In this document: positions 60,900-64,000 of the stretch, one piece after another
Position numbering within the stretch: position 1 is the first letter of the stretch
Layout: every line of letters begins with the position of its first letter
Source: Lepidodermella squamata
Lineage: Eukaryota > Animalia > Gastrotricha
Assembly (NCBI GenBank): GCA_047495785.1
Contig: JBLDXI010000020.1
Span: 2,418,001 to 2,482,000 of the forward strand
Reading direction: 5' to 3'
DNA length: 64,000 nucleotides
Notes under the pieces: generated by a model
Databases searched by the model: none
The model's input: the letters and a program-made list of their open reading frames with translations, nothing else
What the model was told of the DNA's origin: nothing
Translations under genes and position numbers: made by a program

Positions 60900-62555
60900 A
60901 TGATCAAGAACCTGATCTATGCTTTGACCGGCCTAGTTTTCGCCCTTCATGGGGCTGAGAGTGCGGCTGACCCCACTGAGACAACAGTTGCGCCCGTGAT
61001 GCTAGGGAATTTCAACCTATCTGCTTACGTTGCATGCGGCGATCAGGTGCGGCTTTCAAAAATGCTTAGCTTATCGCTTCTACATTGAAGGCGCCTATTA
61101 CAGATGAAATCTCGTATTCACCAGCTAGACGACGGACATAGTGACATATTACTATATTACCTGGACCAACCTGACAACACGCTTGGTTGGAGCTACGCCT
61201 TTGTTCGATCCCCTCCAGCACTTCCAACCAATGTTGAAATTGACATGAAAGTTGTTCTTCTTGGCGTACGTACCCAGCATAATGCCTTTCTCCCTTCGAC
61301 CCGAGGTTTTCTTTATTTTAGGGAATCGACGATCGGGACCAAGTGATGAGAACAACTGCTATGCTACACTTTCAATGGACCGAACCGCGGTTGGCATCAA
61401 AGGATCCGGTTTGTCTGGCGAATGATGGAGCTTACGTTGTTCACCCGGTTCGAAATATGCCGTGGTTTCCACAGTGGATTGTTTTAAATGGACGAATGGA
61501 AAACGTTCTCCGACAAGACAGTTGGGAATTCGGACCGATTAAGGTGTCAGACAAAGGACTTGTTGATTGGTACATGTCCTACGAATTCATCGTCAACTGC
61601 ATTCTCATTGTCGAAGTATATTCAATTGAGCTCATATTTCAGATTCTTGAGTATACGGTTTTTGCAGTACTTTCCCTTCGATGTTCAGATCTGTTCCATC
61701 GACATTGCAGCTCCGCAATATGACTCAAAAGTTGGTACATTTTTCAATTTACGCTAATTTATACCATTAATCCCGGCATCAGATCCTAAATTTCGATTAT
61801 TCTGATGATACGGCAATAACTTTGTTGGAACGCGATAGCCAGTTTGCACCGTTGTGGAAAATTGTCGGGTTTCGAAGTACACCAGTGTCCAAGAATTATC
61901 CCTCTGTTTCTTTCAAATTCCTGCTGGCACGGCGAGCAACCTTTTTCGTGGCTGCCCTTATCATTCCAACCGCTGCGTTGAATGCTATGATGGTTTGCTT
62001 TACACCCACTTGTAACACTGATTTTGAACTTGTGAATTTATTTTTAGGCATCTTTGTTCATCACAGCGGCGAACCAAGAGGAGAAGGCATCGAGCTCAAT
62101 GGCTTGCGTAACAGCTTATTACTTCATAGAAATCCTGTTTTTCGATCTCAGCCCGGTTTCATCTGACGGCATTCCCGTTATTTGCATTTTCTTCACATTT
62201 CACACGTTCTTTGCACTGTTCACGTGCTTCATGGCCGCTCGTCTGATTCACTACGCCGAGATGGTCGAAGAGCACGAAAAAAAAGACGAGGAAGAGGAGC
62301 ATGCTGTCAAGGAACATAAGAAATACGAGGTCAAGATCAAATATCGAAGCCCCGAGTTCTACAACGACCTGTAAGCAACTTTTCGCAAAAATTGGTAGTT
62401 TACATTTAATTTCTTTTTCCAGATGCTTGCTGCTTTACGTTGGCATTATTCTGGTGTCTTATGTGGTTGTTTTCGCTTATCTGCCTATCAAGTCGAACAG
62501 TGTCAAGTCAGACTATTCCAGCACCTACAAGACGCCAGTGGTTGCAGCCGAATGA
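60900..62555 (+). CDS. Divergent Cys-loop channel subunit, copy 5
   Basis: Signal peptide, GIDDRDQVM, WTEPRL, PWFPQ, Cys-loop CILIVE|YFPFDVQIC, pre-M1 LARRATFF, M2 EEKASSSM. Confidence 0.88.
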
Positions 62556-63124
62556 AAATAATCGATTGAACCAATTTTTTTGTTTGCACGCTTCTCAATT
62601 TCTTGTGATTGAGCCTAAACATGTTCGCCAATTTACTCGAATAAATGTTGGGGAGCTCCGAGCGGAACGCGTATCGCATGTGAAATATGGATGGGTATAT
62701 TAGTAAAACTTTCGAAGAACAGATCGGCTACTAGATTTCGTAAAATTAAGGTAGCTTATTGGTGAAATCGCGGCTAACTGCGAAGACCAAAGTTCTACAC
62801 CAGAACCACATTCTGCAAATTTAGCGTTGAAATCTTAAGCTGGACATTTTTAAGCGATTATTCAAGTCTAATTTGAAGTTTGAAAATAGTGTTTCGTCAG
62901 ATAAATCGAACGTGATAAAAGTTTAAAAAAAGTCAGTTTCCAGTTAGTTATTTTATTCAAATTTATAACTAGCTGACTAACAAACCAGCACTTAAAATAA
63001 AATGATTAGCACTAAGTTCCAACTACAATAATCGGTTAACGATGTTAACAAAGTCTTTTAGCGAGTCTCTTTCCAAGAAATGTCTGCGTTGACTGGGTAG
63101 TTTAGGACCCTGGAGAAGCGCCAG

Positions 63125-64000
63125 TTATCTGCCATGGCCATAGTGATGCGATCGTGACCGCGGGCTGCGTGATCTCGATCGATAACTGCGCGAATTCGAG
63201 TTCGAATGGCCTCCATTGCTGCGACGGTAGTCGTTGGAACGTCTCGTTGATCGGGATCGTGAGCGGGATGAAGCCGAAGAAACTGATGAGCTGCTGCTCC
63301 ATGATGAGTCGCTGCTTGAATCGACGGATGACGCGTACGAGTCACTGGACGATGACGAACTCGACGAAGAATCAGAAGCATAACCTCCCGGAAAGTAGTT
63401 GGTCACAGACTAAAAAGAAGAATCATAACAAATCAAATTAAATAACGTAATTTCAATTTTTCGATTCGGTGAGCAGCCAAGCAGCCAAACAAAAAAGGTC
63501 CCTCGATATTTTCCTCAATTCTAAGGCTTTTCCTAATTTTGCATCAACCAGAAATTTCGGAATTGTTCTATATTTGACCCTAAATCAGAATTCACAAGTC
63601 AGTCTCATTTGCCAATGTTAGGATTCTTGCATTGCGATGAATATTTTCAAGCAAAATGTCGAAGACTTCGCGCCTCACGAGTTCAAACACTTTCACATTC
63701 CTATACCAAAAATTATTTGAAATATTAGAAATTAGCTAGTTACATTGGGATTTTCGTAAATTTTGAGAGCGACTTCTGCCATTTCTGGCCGAACGATTTG
63801 CAACGCCTTGAGCCATTTACGCGCTAAAATTGGTCGATTTTTCACGGCATGCGCAAAAACGGTAGAAAAATTGCCCGGACTAGCAAAATTCTGCGTCACC
63901 GCCACAGTTGTATCCAAATTTAGGACAACGTGCCACCAGCCAGACGGCACGAATACCGTTTCGCCCGGGTGCTGCACAAAGTGAACTGGCTTGAACTCGG
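63125..64000 (-). CDS. JMJD6: JMJD6/PSR JmjC dioxygenase, 3' part (continues beyond the window; last exon ~63125-63409)
   Basis: [36 protein letters not shown]......RP.LARKW.K.L....PE, then a spliced poly-Ser tail [14 protein letters not shown] characteristic of JMJD6. Confidence 0.92.

Noticed and set aside
36556-62555. Functional link between the Ly6/quiver gene and the receptor array
   Set aside because: Ly6 proteins can modulate nAChRs, but these genes are 16 kb apart with unrelated genes between them, so proximity is not evidence.
1-64000. CRISPR arrays, tRNA, rRNA, SL RNA gene, intact transposase or reverse transcriptase
   Set aside because: I recognised none by eye. A covariance-model scan would be needed to exclude small RNAs.

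Overview
This is gene-dense DNA from a compact animal genome. Introns are GT-AG and mostly about 48-70 nt, and I see no prokaryotic features. Splicing exons by hand gives these genes in order: LOXHD1-like (about 16 PLAT repeats, -), MPC2 (+), vinculin (+), M1AP (-), SKP1 (+), SNAPC2 (-), PLEKHF2 (-), SLC33A1 (-), MOB2 (+), POLR1F/RPA43 (+), a MITE-like element, one or two orphan genes, a Ly6/quiver-type GPI protein (-), ZSWIM7 (-), a membrane-anchored Ig-Ig-(FN3)5 titin/MyBP-C-like protein (+), NCAPH2 (-), SUMO (-, absent from the ORF track), 3R-Myb (+), five tandem divergent Cys-loop receptor subunits (+), and the 3' part of JMJD6 (-). Three candidates for undescribed biology stand out. (1) The receptor array has lost the acetylcholine-site residues and most of loop C, shares a novel cysteine pair and has atypical M2 pores, so it may be an independent chemosensory or orphan-ligand channel family. 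(2) The titin-like protein is single-pass with a Cys-rich juxtamembrane region. (3) Several same-strand genes are only 65-110 nt apart, with splice acceptors just before the ATG, which suggests operons and possibly trans-splicing. All identities come from my own motif recognition without database searches, and exon boundaries may be off by a few nt.
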